From the NCBI GenBank assembly GCA_964016885.1, contig OZ024741.1:12090001-12154000 (forward strand): 64,000 nt of DNA, in the 5' to 3' direction. This document shows positions 36,011 through 52,000 of the stretch, one piece after another (the first letter of the stretch is position 1; every line of letters begins with the position of its first letter). The notes under the pieces were generated by a model. That model was not told the DNA's origin. It did not search any database and saw only the letters and a program-made list of their open reading frames with translations. Source of the DNA: Eledone cirrhosa. Taxonomy: Eukaryota. The position numbers and the translations under genes were made by a program.

Positions 36011-39000
36011 CGCCACTATCAGAGACCAATACCATACCAATACCACCACCACTAACACCATCATCAGACATCAAAACCATACCAATACCACCACCACTAA
36101 CACCATCATCAGACATCAATACCATACCAATACCATCACCACTAACACCTCCATCAGACACCAATACCATACAAATACCATCACCACTAACAACACCATC
36201 AGACATCAATACCATACCAATACCATCACCACTAACGCCACTATCAGAGACCAATACCATACCAATACCACCACCACTAACACCATCATCAGACATCAAA
36301 ACCATACCAATACCACCACCACTAACACCATCATCAGACATCAATACCATACCAATACCATCACCACTAACACCTCCATCAGACACCAATACCATACAAA
36401 TACCACCACCACTAACACCACCATCAGACATCAATACCATACCAATACCATCACCACTAACACCACCATCAGAGACCAATACCATACCAATACAACCACC
36501 ACTAACACTATCATCAGACATTAATACCATACCAATACCACCACCACTAACACCACCATCAGACACCAATACCATACCAATACCATCACCACTAACACCA
36601 CCATCAGTGACACATACCATACCAATACCACCACCACTAACACCACCATCAGACACCAATACCATAACAATACCATCACCACTAACACCACCATCAGTGA
36701 CACATACCATACCAATACCATCACCACTAACGCCATCATCAGACATCAATACCATACCAATACCATCACCAATAACACCATCATCAGACATCAATACCAC
36801 ACCAATACCACCACCACTAACACCACCATCAGAGACCAATACCAAACCAATATCATCACCACTAACACCACCATCAGAGACACATACCATACCAATACCA
36901 CCACCACTAACACCATCATCAGACATCAATACCATACCAATACCATCACCACTAACACCCCCATCAGACACCAATACCATACCAATACCATCACCGCTAA
37001 CACCACCATCAGACACCAATACCATTCGAATACCACCACCACTAACACCATCATCACACATCAAAACCATTCCAATACCACCACCACTAACACCATCATC
37101 AGACATCAATACCATACCAATACCATCACCACTAACACCTCCATCAGACACCAATACCATACAAATACCACCACCACTAACACCACCATCAGAGACCAAT
37201 ACCATACCAATACCACCACCACTAACACTATCATCAGACATCAATACCATACCAATACCACCACCACTAACACCACCATCAGACATCAGTACTATACCAA
37301 TACCATCACCACTAACAACACCATCAGACATCAATACCATACCAATACCATCACCGCTAACGCCACCATCAGAGACCAATACCATACCAATACCACCACC
37401 ACTAACACCATCATCAGACATCAAAACCATACCAATACCACCACCACTAACACCATCATCAGACATCAATACCATACCAATACCACCACCACTAACACCA
37501 CCATCAGACATCAATACCATACCAATACCATCCACACTAACACCACCATCAGAGACCAATACCATTCCAATACCACCACCACTAACACTATCATCAGACA
37601 TGAAAACCATACCAATAGCACCACCACTAACACCATCATCAGACATCAATACCATACCAATACCACCACCACTAACAACACCATCAGACATCAATACTAT
37701 ACAAATACCATCACCACTAACAACACCATCAGACATCAATACCATACCAATACCATCACCACTAACGCCACTATCAGAGACCAATACCATACCAATACCA
37801 CCACCACTAACACCATCATCAGACATCAAAACCATACCAATACCACCACCACTAACACCATCATCAGACATCAATACCATACCAATACCATCACCACTAA
37901 CACCTCCATCAGACACCAATACCATACAAATACCACCACCACTAACACCACCATCAGACATCAATACCATACCAATACCATCACCACTAACACCACCATC
38001 AGAGACCAATACCATACCAATACAACCACCACTAACACTATCATCAGACATTAATACCATACCAATACCACCACCACTAACACCACCATCAGACACCAAT
38101 ACCATACCAATACCACCACCACTAACACCACGATCAGACAACAATACCATAACAATACCATCACCACTAACACCACCATCAGTGACACATACCATACCAA
38201 TACCATCACCACTAACACCATCATCAGACATCAATACCATACCAATACCATCACCAATAACACCATCATCAGACATCAATACCACACCAATACCACCACC
38301 ACTAACACCACCATCAGAGACCAATACCAAACCAATATCATCACCACTAACACCACCATCAGAGACACATACCATACCAATACCACCACCACTAACACCA
38401 TCATCAGACATCAATACCATACCAATACCATCACCACTAACACCCCCATCAGACACCAATACCATACCAATACCATCACTGCTAACACCACCATCAGACA
38501 CCAATACCATTCGAATACCACCACCACTAACACCATCATCACACATCAACACCATTCCAATACCACCACCACTAACACCATCATCAGACATCAATACCAT
38601 ACCAATACCATCACCACTAACACCTCCATCAGACACCAATACCATACATATACCACCACCACTAACACCACCATCAGAGACCAATACCATACCAATACCA
38701 CCACCACTAACACTATCATCAGACATCAATACCATACCAATACCACCACCACTAACGCCACCATCAGACATCAATACTATACCAATACCATCACCACTAA
38801 CAACACCATCAGACATCAATACCATACCAATACCATCACCACTAACGCCACCATCAGAGACCAATACCATACCAATACCACCACCACTAACACCATCATC
38901 AGACATCAAAACCATACCAATACCACCACCACTAACACCATCATCAGACATCAATACCATACCAATACCATCACCACTAACACCTCCATCAGACACCAAT

Positions 39001-39882
39001 ACCATACAAATACCACCACCACTAACACTATCATCAGACATCAATACCATACCAATACCACCACCACTAACACCACCATCAGACACCAATACCATACCAA
39101 TACCATCACCACTAACACCACCAACAGTGACACATACCATACCAATACCACCACCACTAACACCATCATCAGACATCAATACCATACCAATACCATCACC
39201 AATAACACCATCATCAGACATCAATACCACACCAATACCACCACCACTAACACCACCATCAGAGACCAATACCAAACCAATATCATCACCACTAACACCA
39301 CCATCTGAGACACATACCATACCAATACCACCACCACTAACACCATCATCAGACATCAATACCATACCAATACCACCACCACTAACACCATCTTCAGCCA
39401 TCAATACCATACCAATACCACCACCACTAACACCACCATCAGAGACCAATACCAAACCAATACCACCACCACTAACACCACAATCAGACATCAATATCAT
39501 ACCAATACCATCACCACTAACGCCACCATCAGGGACCAATAACATACCAATACCATCACCACTAACACCACCATCAGAGACCAATACCATACCAATACCA
39601 TCACCACTAACACCACCATCAGAGACCAATACAAAACCAACACCACCACCACTAACACCACAATCAGACATCAATACCATACCAATACCATCACCACTAA
39701 CGCCACCATCAGGGACCAATACCATACCAATACCACCACCACTAACACCATCACCAGACATCAACACCATACCAATACCATCACCACTAACACCACCATC
39801 AGACACCAATACCATACAAATACCATCACCACTAACACGAACATCAGACACCAATACCATACCAATACCATCACCACTAACA
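27800..39882. repeat. Homogeneous in-phase satellite block with two copies of a 103-106-monomer higher-order repeat
   Basis: No phase shift for ~12.1 kb. Marker ORFs recur at 28376/33011 and 29141/33776 (4,635) and at 30401/35171 and 31751/36521 (4,770 = 106x45). The block ends at a 13-bp deletion at ~39,885. Confidence 0.9.
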
Positions 39883-40479
39883 CCAATACCATACCAATAC
39901 CACCACCACTAACACCACCATCAGAGACCAATACCAAACCAACACCACCACCACTAACACCACAATCAGACATCAATACCATACCAATACCACCACCACT
40001 AACACCATCGCCAGACATCAACACCATACCAATACCATCACCACTAACACCACCATCAGACACCAATACCATACCAATACCATCACCACTAACACCACCA
40101 TCAAACACCAATACCATACCAATATCATCACCACTAACACCACCATCTGAGACACATACCATACCAATACCACCACCACTAACACCATCATCAGACATCA
40201 ATACCATACCAATACCACCACCACTAACACCATCGCCAGACATCAACACCATACCAATACCATCACCACTAACACCACCATCAGACACCAATACCATACC
40301 AATACCATCACCACTAACACCACCATCAAACACCAATACCATACCAATACCATCACCATTAACACCACCATCAGACATCAATACCATACCAATACCACCA
40401 CCACTAACAGCACCATCAGAGACCAATACCATACCAATACCACCACCACTAACACCATCGTCAGACTTCAATACCATAC

Positions 40480-43375
40480 CAATACCACCACCACTAACAC
40501 CACCATCAGACATCAATACCATAGCAATACCATCCACACTAACACCACCATCAGAGACCAATACCATTCCAATACCACCACCACTAACACCATCATCAGA
40601 CATGAAAACCATACCAATAGCACCACCACTAACACCATCATCAGACATCAATACCATACCAATACCACCACCACTAACACCACCATCAGACATCAATACT
40701 ATACCAATACCATCACCACTAACAACACCATCAGACATCAATACCATACCAATACCATCACCACTAACGCCACTATCAGAGACCAATACCATACCAATAC
40801 CACCACCACTAACACCATCATCAGACATCAAAACCATACCAATACCACCACCACTAACACCATCATCAGACATCAATACCATACCAATACCATCACCACT
40901 AACACCTCCATCAGACACCAATACCATATAAATACCACCACCACTAACACCGCCATCAGACATCAATACCATACCAATACCATCACCACTAACACCACCA
41001 TCAGAGACCAATACCATACCAATACAACCACCACTAACACTATCATCAGACATCAATACCATACCAATACCACCACCACTAACACCACCATCAGACACCA
41101 ATACCATACCAATACAATCACCACTAACACCACCATCAGTGACACGTACCATACCAATACCACCACCACTAACACCACCATCAGACACCAATACCATAAC
41201 AATACCATCACCACTAACACCACCATCAGTGACACATACCATACCAATACCATCACCACTAACACCATCATCAGACATCAATACCATACCAATACCATCA
41301 CCAATAACACCATCATCAGACATCAATACCACACCAATACCACCACCACTAATACCACCATCAGAGACCAATACCAAACCAATATCATCACCACTAACAC
41401 CACCATCAGAGACACATACCATACCAATACCACCACCACTAACACCATCATCAGACATCAATACCATACCAATACCATCACCACTAACACCCCCATCAAA
41501 CACCAATACCATACCAATACCATCACCGCTAACACCACCATCAGACACCAATACCATTCGAATACCACCACCACTAACACCATCATCACACATCAAAACC
41601 ATTCCAATACCACCACCACTAACACCATCATCAGACATCAATACCATACCAATACCATCACCACTAACACCTCCATCAGACACCAATACCATACAAATAC
41701 CACCACCACTAACACCACCATCAGAGACCAATACCATACCAATACCACCACCACTAACACTATCATCAGACATCAATACCATACCAATACCACCACCACT
41801 AACACCACCATCAGACATCAATACTATACCAATACCATCACCACTAACAACACCATCAGACATCAATACCATACCAATACCATCACCACTAACGCCACCA
41901 TCAGAGACCAATACCATACCAATACCACCACCACTAACACCATCATCAGACATCAAAACCATACCAATACCACCACCACTAACACCACCATCAGACATCA
42001 ATACCATACCAATACCATCCACACTAACACCACCATCAGAGACCAATACCATTCCAATACCACCACCACTAACACCATCATCAGACATGAAAACCATACC
42101 AATAGCACCACCACTAACACCATCATCAGACATCAATACCATACCAATACCACCACCACTAACACCACCATCAGACATCAATACTATACCAATACCATCA
42201 CCACTAACAACACCATCAGACATCAATACCATACCAATACCATCACCACTAACGCCACTATCAGAGACCAATACCATACCAATACCACCACCACTAACAC
42301 CATCATCAGACATCAAAACCATACCAATACCACCACCACTAACACCATCATCAGACATCAATACCATACCAATACCATCACCACTAACACCTCCATCAGA
42401 CACCAATACCATATAAATACCACCACCACTAACACCACCATCAGACATCAATACCATACCAATACCATCACCACTAACACCACCATCAGAGACCAATACC
42501 ATACCAATACAACCACCACTAACACTATCATCAGACATCAATACCATACCAATACCACCACCACTAACACCACCATCAGACACCAATACCATACCAATAC
42601 AATCACCACTAACACCACCATCAGTGACACGTACCATACCAATACCACCACCACTAACACCACCATTAGACACCAATACCATAACAATACCATCACCACT
42701 AACACCACCATCAGTGACACATACCATACCAATACCATCACCACTAACACCATCATCAGACATCAATACCATACCAATACCATCACCAATAACACCATCA
42801 TCAGACATCAATACCACACCAATACCACCACCACTAACACCACCATCAGAGACCAATACCAAACCAATATCATCACCACTAACACCACCATCAGAGACAC
42901 ATACCATACCAATACCACCACCACTAACACCATCATCAGACATCAATACCATACCAATACCATCACCACTAATACCCCCATCAGACACCAATACCATACC
43001 AATACCATCACCGCTAACACCACCATCAGACACCAATACCATTCGAATACCACCACCACTAACACCATCATCACACATCAAAACCATTCCAATACCACCA
43101 CCACTAACACCATCATCAGACATCAATACCATACCAATACCATCACCACTAACACCTCCATCAGACACCAATACCATACAAATACCACCACCACTAACAC
43201 CACCATCAGAGACCAATACCATACCAATACCACCACCACTAACACTGTCATCAGACATCAATACCATACCAATACCACCACCACTAACACCACCATCAGA
43301 CATCAATACTATACCAATACCATCACCACTAACAACACCATCAGACATCAATACCATACCAATACCATCACCACT
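40480..43375 (+). repeat. 33-monomer (1,485-bp) tandem duplication within the third in-phase block (39.9-49.0 kb)
   Basis: Rare variants recur at offset 1,485: ATATAA at ~40,926/42,411, GTGACACGT at 41,139/42,624, and ORFs 41053/42538. Confidence 0.9.
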
Positions 43376-46300
43376 AACACCACCATCAGACATCAATACC
43401 ATACCAATACCACCACCACTAACACTGTCATCAGACATCAATACCATACCAATACCACCACCACTAACACCACCATCAGACACCAATACCATATAAATAC
43501 CACCACCACTAACACCGCCATCAGACATCAATACCATACCAATACCATCACCACTAACACCACCATCAGAGACCAATACCATACCAATACCACCACCACT
43601 AACACCATCATCAGACATCAATACCATACCAATACCATCACCACTAACACCTCCATCAGACACCAATACCATACAAATACCACCACCACTAACACCACCA
43701 TCAGACATCAATACCATACCAATACCATCACCATTAACACCAGCATCAGAGACCAATACCATACCAATACAACCACCACTAACACTATCATCAGACATCA
43801 ATACCATACCAATACCACCACCACTAACACCACCATCAGACACCAATACCATACCAATACCATCACCACTAACACCACCATCAGTGACACATACCATACC
43901 AATACCACCACCACTAACACCATCATCAGACATCAATACCATACCAATACCATCACCAATAACACCATCATCAGACATCAATACCACACCAATACCACCA
44001 CCACTAACACCACCATCAGAGAGCAATACCAAACCAATATCATCACCACTAACACCACCATCAGAGACACATACCATACCAATACCACCACCACTAACAC
44101 CATCATCAGCCATCAATACCATACCAATACCACCACCACTAACACCACCATCAGAGACCAATACCAAACCAATACCACCACCACTAACACCACAATCAGA
44201 CATCAATATCATACCAATACCATCACCACTAACGCCACCATCAGGGACCAATACCATACCAATACCATCACCACTAACACCACCATCAGAGACCAATACC
44301 ATACCAATACCATCACCACTAACACCACCATCAGAGACCAATACAAAACCAACACCACCACCACTAACACCACAATCAGACATCAATACCATACCAATAC
44401 CATCACCACTAACGCCACCATCAGGGACCAATACCATACCAATACCACCACCACTAACACCATCACCAGACATCAACACCATACCAGTACCATCACCACT
44501 AACACCACCATCAGACACCAATACCATACCGATATCAACACCACTAACACCACCATCAGACACCAATACCATACCAATACCATCACCACTAACACCACCA
44601 TCAGACATCAATACCATACCAATACCACCACCACTAACACCACCATCAGAGACCAATACCAAACCAACACCACCACCACTAACACCACAATCAGACATCC
44701 ATACCATACCAATACCATCACCACTAACGCCACCATCGGGGACCAATACCATACCAATACCACCACCACTAACACCATCGCCAGACATCAACACCATACC
44801 AATACCATCACCACTAACACCACCATCAGACACCAATACCATACCAATACCATCACCACTAACACCACCATCAAACACCAATACCATACCAATACCATCA
44901 CCACTAACACCACCATCAGACATCAATACCATACCAATACCACCACCACTAACACCACCATCAGAGACCAATACCATACCAATACCACCACCACTAACAC
45001 CATCGTCAGACTTCAATACCATACCAATACCACCACCACTAACACCACCATCAGACATCAATACCATACCAATACCATCCACACTAACACCACCATCAGA
45101 GACCAATACCATTCCAATACCACCACCACTAACACCATCATCAGACATGAAAACCATACCAATAGCACCACCACTAACACCATCATCAGACATCAATAAT
45201 ATACCAATACCACCACCACTAACACCACCATCAGACATTAATACTATACCAATACCATCACCACTAACAACACCATCAGACATCAATACCATACCAATAC
45301 CATCACCACTAACGCCACTATCAGAGACCAATACCATACCAATACCACCACCACTAACACGATCATCAGACATCAAATCCATACTAATACCACCACCACT
45401 AACACCATCATCAGACATCAATACCATACCAATACCATCACCACTAACACCTCCATCAGACACCAATACCATACAAATACCACCACCACTAACACCACCA
45501 TCAGACATCAATACCATACCAATACCATCACCACTAACACCACCATCAGAGACCAATACCATACCAATACAACCACCACTAACACTATCATCAGACATCA
45601 ATACCATACCAATACCACCACCACTAACACCACCATCAGACACCAATACCATACCAATACCATCACCACTAACACCAGCATCAGTGACACATACCATACC
45701 AATACCACCATCACTAACACCATCATCAGACATCAATACCATACCAATATCATCACCACTAACACCACCATCAGACATCAATACCAAACCAATATCATCA
45801 CCACTAACACCACCATCAGAGACACATACCATACCAATACCACCACCACTAACACCATCATCAGACATCAATACCATACCAATACCACCACCACTAACAC
45901 CATCATCAGCCATCAATACCATACCAATACCACCACCACTAACACCACCATCAGAGACCAATACCAAACCAATACCACCACCACTAACACCACAATCAGA
46001 CATCAATATCATACCAATACCATCACCACTAACGCCACCATCAGGGACCAATACCATACCAATACCATCACCACTAACACCACCATCAGAGACCAATACC
46101 ATACCAATACCATCACCACTAATACCACCATCAGAGACTAATACCAAACCAACACCACCACCACTAACACCACAATCAGACATTAATACCATACCAATAC
46201 CATCACCACTAACGCCACCATCAGGGACCAATACCATACCAATACCACCACCACTAACACCATCACCAGACATCAGCACCATACCAATACCATCACCACT

Positions 46301-49019
46301 AACACCACCATCAGACACCAATACCATACCAATACCATCACCACTAACACCACCATCAGACACCAATACCATACCAATACCATCACCACTAACACCACCA
46401 TCAGACATCAATACCATACCAATACCACCACCACTAACACCACCATCAGAGACCAATACCATACCAATACCACCACCACTAACACCATCGTCAGACTTCA
46501 ATACCATACCAATACCACCACCACTAACACCACCATCAGACATCAATACCATACCAATACCATCCACACTAACACCACCATCAGAGACCAATACCATTCC
46601 AATACCACCACCACTAACACCATCATCACACATCAAAACCATACCAATACCACCACCACTAACACCATCATCAGACATCAATACCATACCAATACCATCA
46701 CCACTAACACCTCCATCAGACACCAATACCATACAAATACCACCACCACTAACACCACCATCAGACATCAATACCATACCAATACCTTCACCACTAACAC
46801 CACCATCAGAGACCAATACCATACCAATACCACCACCACTAACACCATCATCACACATCAATACCATACCAATATCACCACCACTAACACCACCATCAGA
46901 CATCAATACCATACCAATACCACCACCACTAACACCACCATCAGACATCAATACCATACCAATACCATCACCACTAACTCCACCATCAGACATCAATACC
47001 ATACCAATACCACCACCATTAACACCATCATCAGACATCAATACCATACCAATACCACCACCACTAACACCACCATCAGACATCAATACCATACCAATAC
47101 CATCACCACTAACACCACCATCAGACACCAATACCATACCAATACCACCACCACTAACACCACCATCAGATATCAATACCATACCAATACCATCACCACT
47201 AACGCCACCTTCAGAGACCAATACCATACCAATACCACCACCGCTAACAAAATCATCAGACATCAATACCATACCAATACCATCACCACTAACCCCACCA
47301 CCATAGACCAATACCAAACCAATACCACCATCAATAACACCATCATCAGACATCAATACCATAACAATACCATCACCACAAACACCCCCATCAGACACCA
47401 ATATCATACCAATACCATCAACACTAACACCACCATCAGACACCAATACCATTCCAATACCACCACCACTAACACCATCATCACACATCAAAACCATACC
47501 AATACCACCACCACTAACACCATCATCAGACATCAATACCATACCAATATCATCACCACTAACACCTCCATCAGACACCAATACCATACAAATACCACCA
47601 CCACTAACACCACCATCAGACATCAATACCATACCAATACCATCACCACTAACACCACGATCAGAGACCAATACCAAACCAATATCATCACCACTAACAC
47701 CACCATCAGAGACACATACCATACCAATACCACCTCCACTAACACGATCATCAGACATCAATACCATACCAATACCATCACCACTAACACTCCCATCAGT
47801 CACCAATACCATACCAATACCATCACCACTAACACCACCATCAGACACCAATACCATTCCAATACCACCACCACTAACACCATCATCACACATCAAAACC
47901 ATACCAATACCACCACCACTAACACCATCATCAGACATCAATACCATACCAATACCATCACCACTAACACCTCCATCAGACACCAATACCATACAAATAC
48001 CACCACCACTAACACCACCATCAGACATCAATAACATACCAATACCATCACCACTAACACCACCATCAGAGACCAATACCATACCAATACCACCACCACT
48101 AACACCATCATCAGACATCAAAACCATACCAATACCACCACCACTAACACCATCATCAGACATCAATACCATACCAATACCATCACCACTAACACCTCCA
48201 TCAGACACCAATACCATACAAATACCACCACCACTAACACCACCATCAGACATCAATACCATACCAATACCATCACCACTAAGACCACCATCAGAGACCA
48301 ATACCATACCAATACAACCACCACTAACACTATCATCAGACAGCAATACCTTACCAATACCACCACCACTAACACCACCATCAGACACCAATACCATACC
48401 AATACCATCACCACTAACACCACCATCAGTGACACATACCATACCAATACCACCACCACTAACACCATCATCAGACATCAATACCATACCAATACCATCA
48501 CCAATAACACCATCATCAGACACCAATACCACACCAAAACCACCACCACTAACACCAGCATCAGAGACCAATACCAAACCAATATCATCACCACTAACAC
48601 CACCATCAGAGACACATACCATACCAATACCACCACCACTAACACCATCATCAGCCATCAATACCATACCAATACCACCACCACTAACACCACCATCAGA
48701 GACCAATACCAAACCAATACCACCACCACTAACACCACCATCAGAGACCAATACCATACCAATACCATCACCACTAACACCACCATCAGAGACCAATACC
48801 AAACCAACACCACCACCACTAACACCACTATCAGACATCAATACCATACCAATACCACCACCACTAACACAACCATCAGAGACCTATACCATACCAATAC
48901 CACCACAACTATCACCACCATCAGAGACCAATACCATGCCAATACCATCACCCCTAACACCACCATCAGACATCAATACTATACCAATACCTTCACCCCT
49001 AACACCACCATCAGACATC

Positions 49020-52000
49020 AATACCATCACCACTAACACCACTACTAACACCAGCATCAGACATCAACACCATACCAATACCATCACCACTAACGCCACC
49101 ATCAGACATCAATACGATACCAATATACCAATACCACCACCACTAACACCACCATCAGACATCAATACCATACCAATACCACCACAACGAACACCACCAT
49201 CAGACTTCAATACCATACCAATACCACCACCACTAACACCATCATCGCAGACTAATACCATACCAATACCATCACCACTAACACCACCGTCAGACATCAA
49301 TACAGTATCAATACCATACTACTAACACCACCACCAGACATCAATACCATAGCAATACCACCGCCACTAACACCACCATCAGATATTAATACCATACCAA
49401 TGCCACCACCACTAACACCACCATAAGACATCAATACCATACCAATACCACCACAACTAATACCACCATCAGACATCAATACTATACCAATACCATCACC
49501 ACTAACACCACCATCAGACATCAATACCATACCAATACCACCACCACTAACACTACCATCAGACATCAATACCATACCAATAACATCACCACTAACATAA
49601 CCATCAGACATCATTACCATACCAATACCACCACCACTAACACCACCATCAGACATCAATACCATACCAATACCACCACCACTAACACCACCATCGGAGA
49701 CCAATACCATACCAATACCACCACCACTAACACCACCATCGGAGACCAATAATATACCAATACCAGCACAACTAACACCACCATAAGACACCAATACCAT
49801 ACCAATACCACCACCACTAACACCTCCATCAGAGACCAATAACATACCAATACCACCACCACTAACACCACCATCAGAGATCAATACCAAACGAATACCA
49901 CCACCACTAACACCTCCATTAGAGACCAATACCATACCAATACCACCACCACTAACAATACCATCAGAGATCAATAACATACCAATACCACCACCACTAA
50001 CACCACCATCAGAGACAAATACCAAACCAATACCACCACCACTAAGACCACCACCAGACACAAATACCATACCAATACCACCACCACTAACACTTCCACA
50101 GAGACCAATACCATACCAATACCATCACCACTAACACCACCATCAGACATCAATACCATACCAATACCATCACCACTAACACCACCATCAGACATCAATA
50201 CTATACCAATACCATCACCACTAACACCACCATGAGAGACCAATACCATACCAATACTTCCACCACTAAAACCACCATCAGACATCAATACCATACCAGT
50301 AGCACCACCACTAACACCACCATCAGACATCAATACCATACCAACACCACCACAACTAACACCACCATCAGACATCAATACCATACCATACCAATACCGC
50401 CACCACTAACACCACTATCAGACATCAATACCATACCAATACCACCACTAACACCATCATCAGACATCAATACCATACCAATACCTCCACCACTAACACC
50501 ACCATCAGACATCAATACCATACTAATACCACCACTAACACCATCATCAGACATCAATACCATACCAATACCATCACCTCTAACACCATCATCAGACATC
50601 AATACCATACCAATACCATCAGACATCAATACCATACCAATACCATCAGACATGAATACCACACCAATACCACCACCACTAACACTACCATCAGACACCA
50701 ATACCATAACAATACCATCACCACTAACTCCACCATAAGACACCAATACCATAAAATACCATCACCACTAACAGCTCCATCAGAAACCAATACCATGCCA
50801 ATACCACCACCACTAACACCACCATCAGACATCAATACCATACCAATACCACCACCACTAACACTACCATCAGACATCAATACCATACCAATACCATCAC
50901 CACTAACACCACCATAAGACACCAATACCATACCAATACCAACACCACTAACACTACCATCAGACACCAATACCATACCAATACCTTCACCACTAACACC
51001 ACCATCTGACATCAATACCATACCAATACCACCACCACTAACACTACCATCAGACAACAATACCATACCAATACCATCACCACTAACACCACCATAAGAC
51101 ACCGATACCATACCAATACCATCACCACTTACAGCTCCATCAGAGACTAATACCATACCAATACCTCCACCACTAACACCACCATCAGACATCAATACCA
51201 TACCAAACCACCACTAACACCATCATCAGACATCAATACCATACCAATACCTCCACCACTAACACCACCATCAGACATCAATACAATACCAATACCACCA
51301 CTAACACCATGATCAGACATCAATACCATACCAATACCACCACCACTAACACCACCATCAGACATCAATACCATACCAATACCACCACTAACACCATCAT
51401 CAGACATCAATACCATACCAATACCATAAACACGAACACCACCATCAGACATCAATACCATACCAATACCACCACTAACACCATCATCAGATATCAATAC
51501 TATAGCAATACCACCGCCACTAACACCACCATCAGAAATCAATACCATACCAATGCAACCACCAGTAACACCACCATCAGACATCAATACCATACCAATA
51601 CCATCACCACTAACACCACCATCAGACATCAATACCATACCAATACCACCACCACTAATACCACCATCAGACATCAATACCATACCAATACCATCACCAC
51701 TAACACCACCATCAGTCATCAATACCATACCAATACCACCACCACTAACACCAACATCAGACATCAATACCATACCAATACCACCACCACTAACACCACC
51801 ATCGGAGATCAATACCATACCAATACCATCACCATTAACAGCACCATCAGACATCAATACCATACCAATACCATCACCACTAACACAACCATCAGAGATC
51901 AATACCATAGCAATACCACCACCACTAACACCACCAACGGAGACCAATACCATACCAATACCATACCAATACCATCACCACTAACACCATCATCAGACAT

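Noticed and set aside
8568-47306. Plus-strand PTS 'mucin/extensin' ORFs as CDS
   Set aside because: They start at incidental GTG/ATG variants inside the array, with no signal peptide, cysteine-rich domains or splice context. In-frame stops (40,929; 42,414; 43,494; 47,304) and many frameshifts are tolerated. Kept only as a low-probability hypothesis in findings.
8566-48440. GTGACA in the satellite variant TCAGTGACACAT as a link to the GTGACA minisatellite
   Set aside because: Only a 6-8-bp match, reachable by two or three substitutions from the consensus; no further similarity.
7124-48847. Giant minus-strand Gly/Val/Met-rich ORFs (2,756, 4,025 and 3,028 aa) as genes
   Set aside because: They are pure 15-aa repeats with no unique N- or C-terminus. 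The frame is nearly immune to nonsense mutation (only TTG is one step from a stop), and the ORF ends are just satellite indels.
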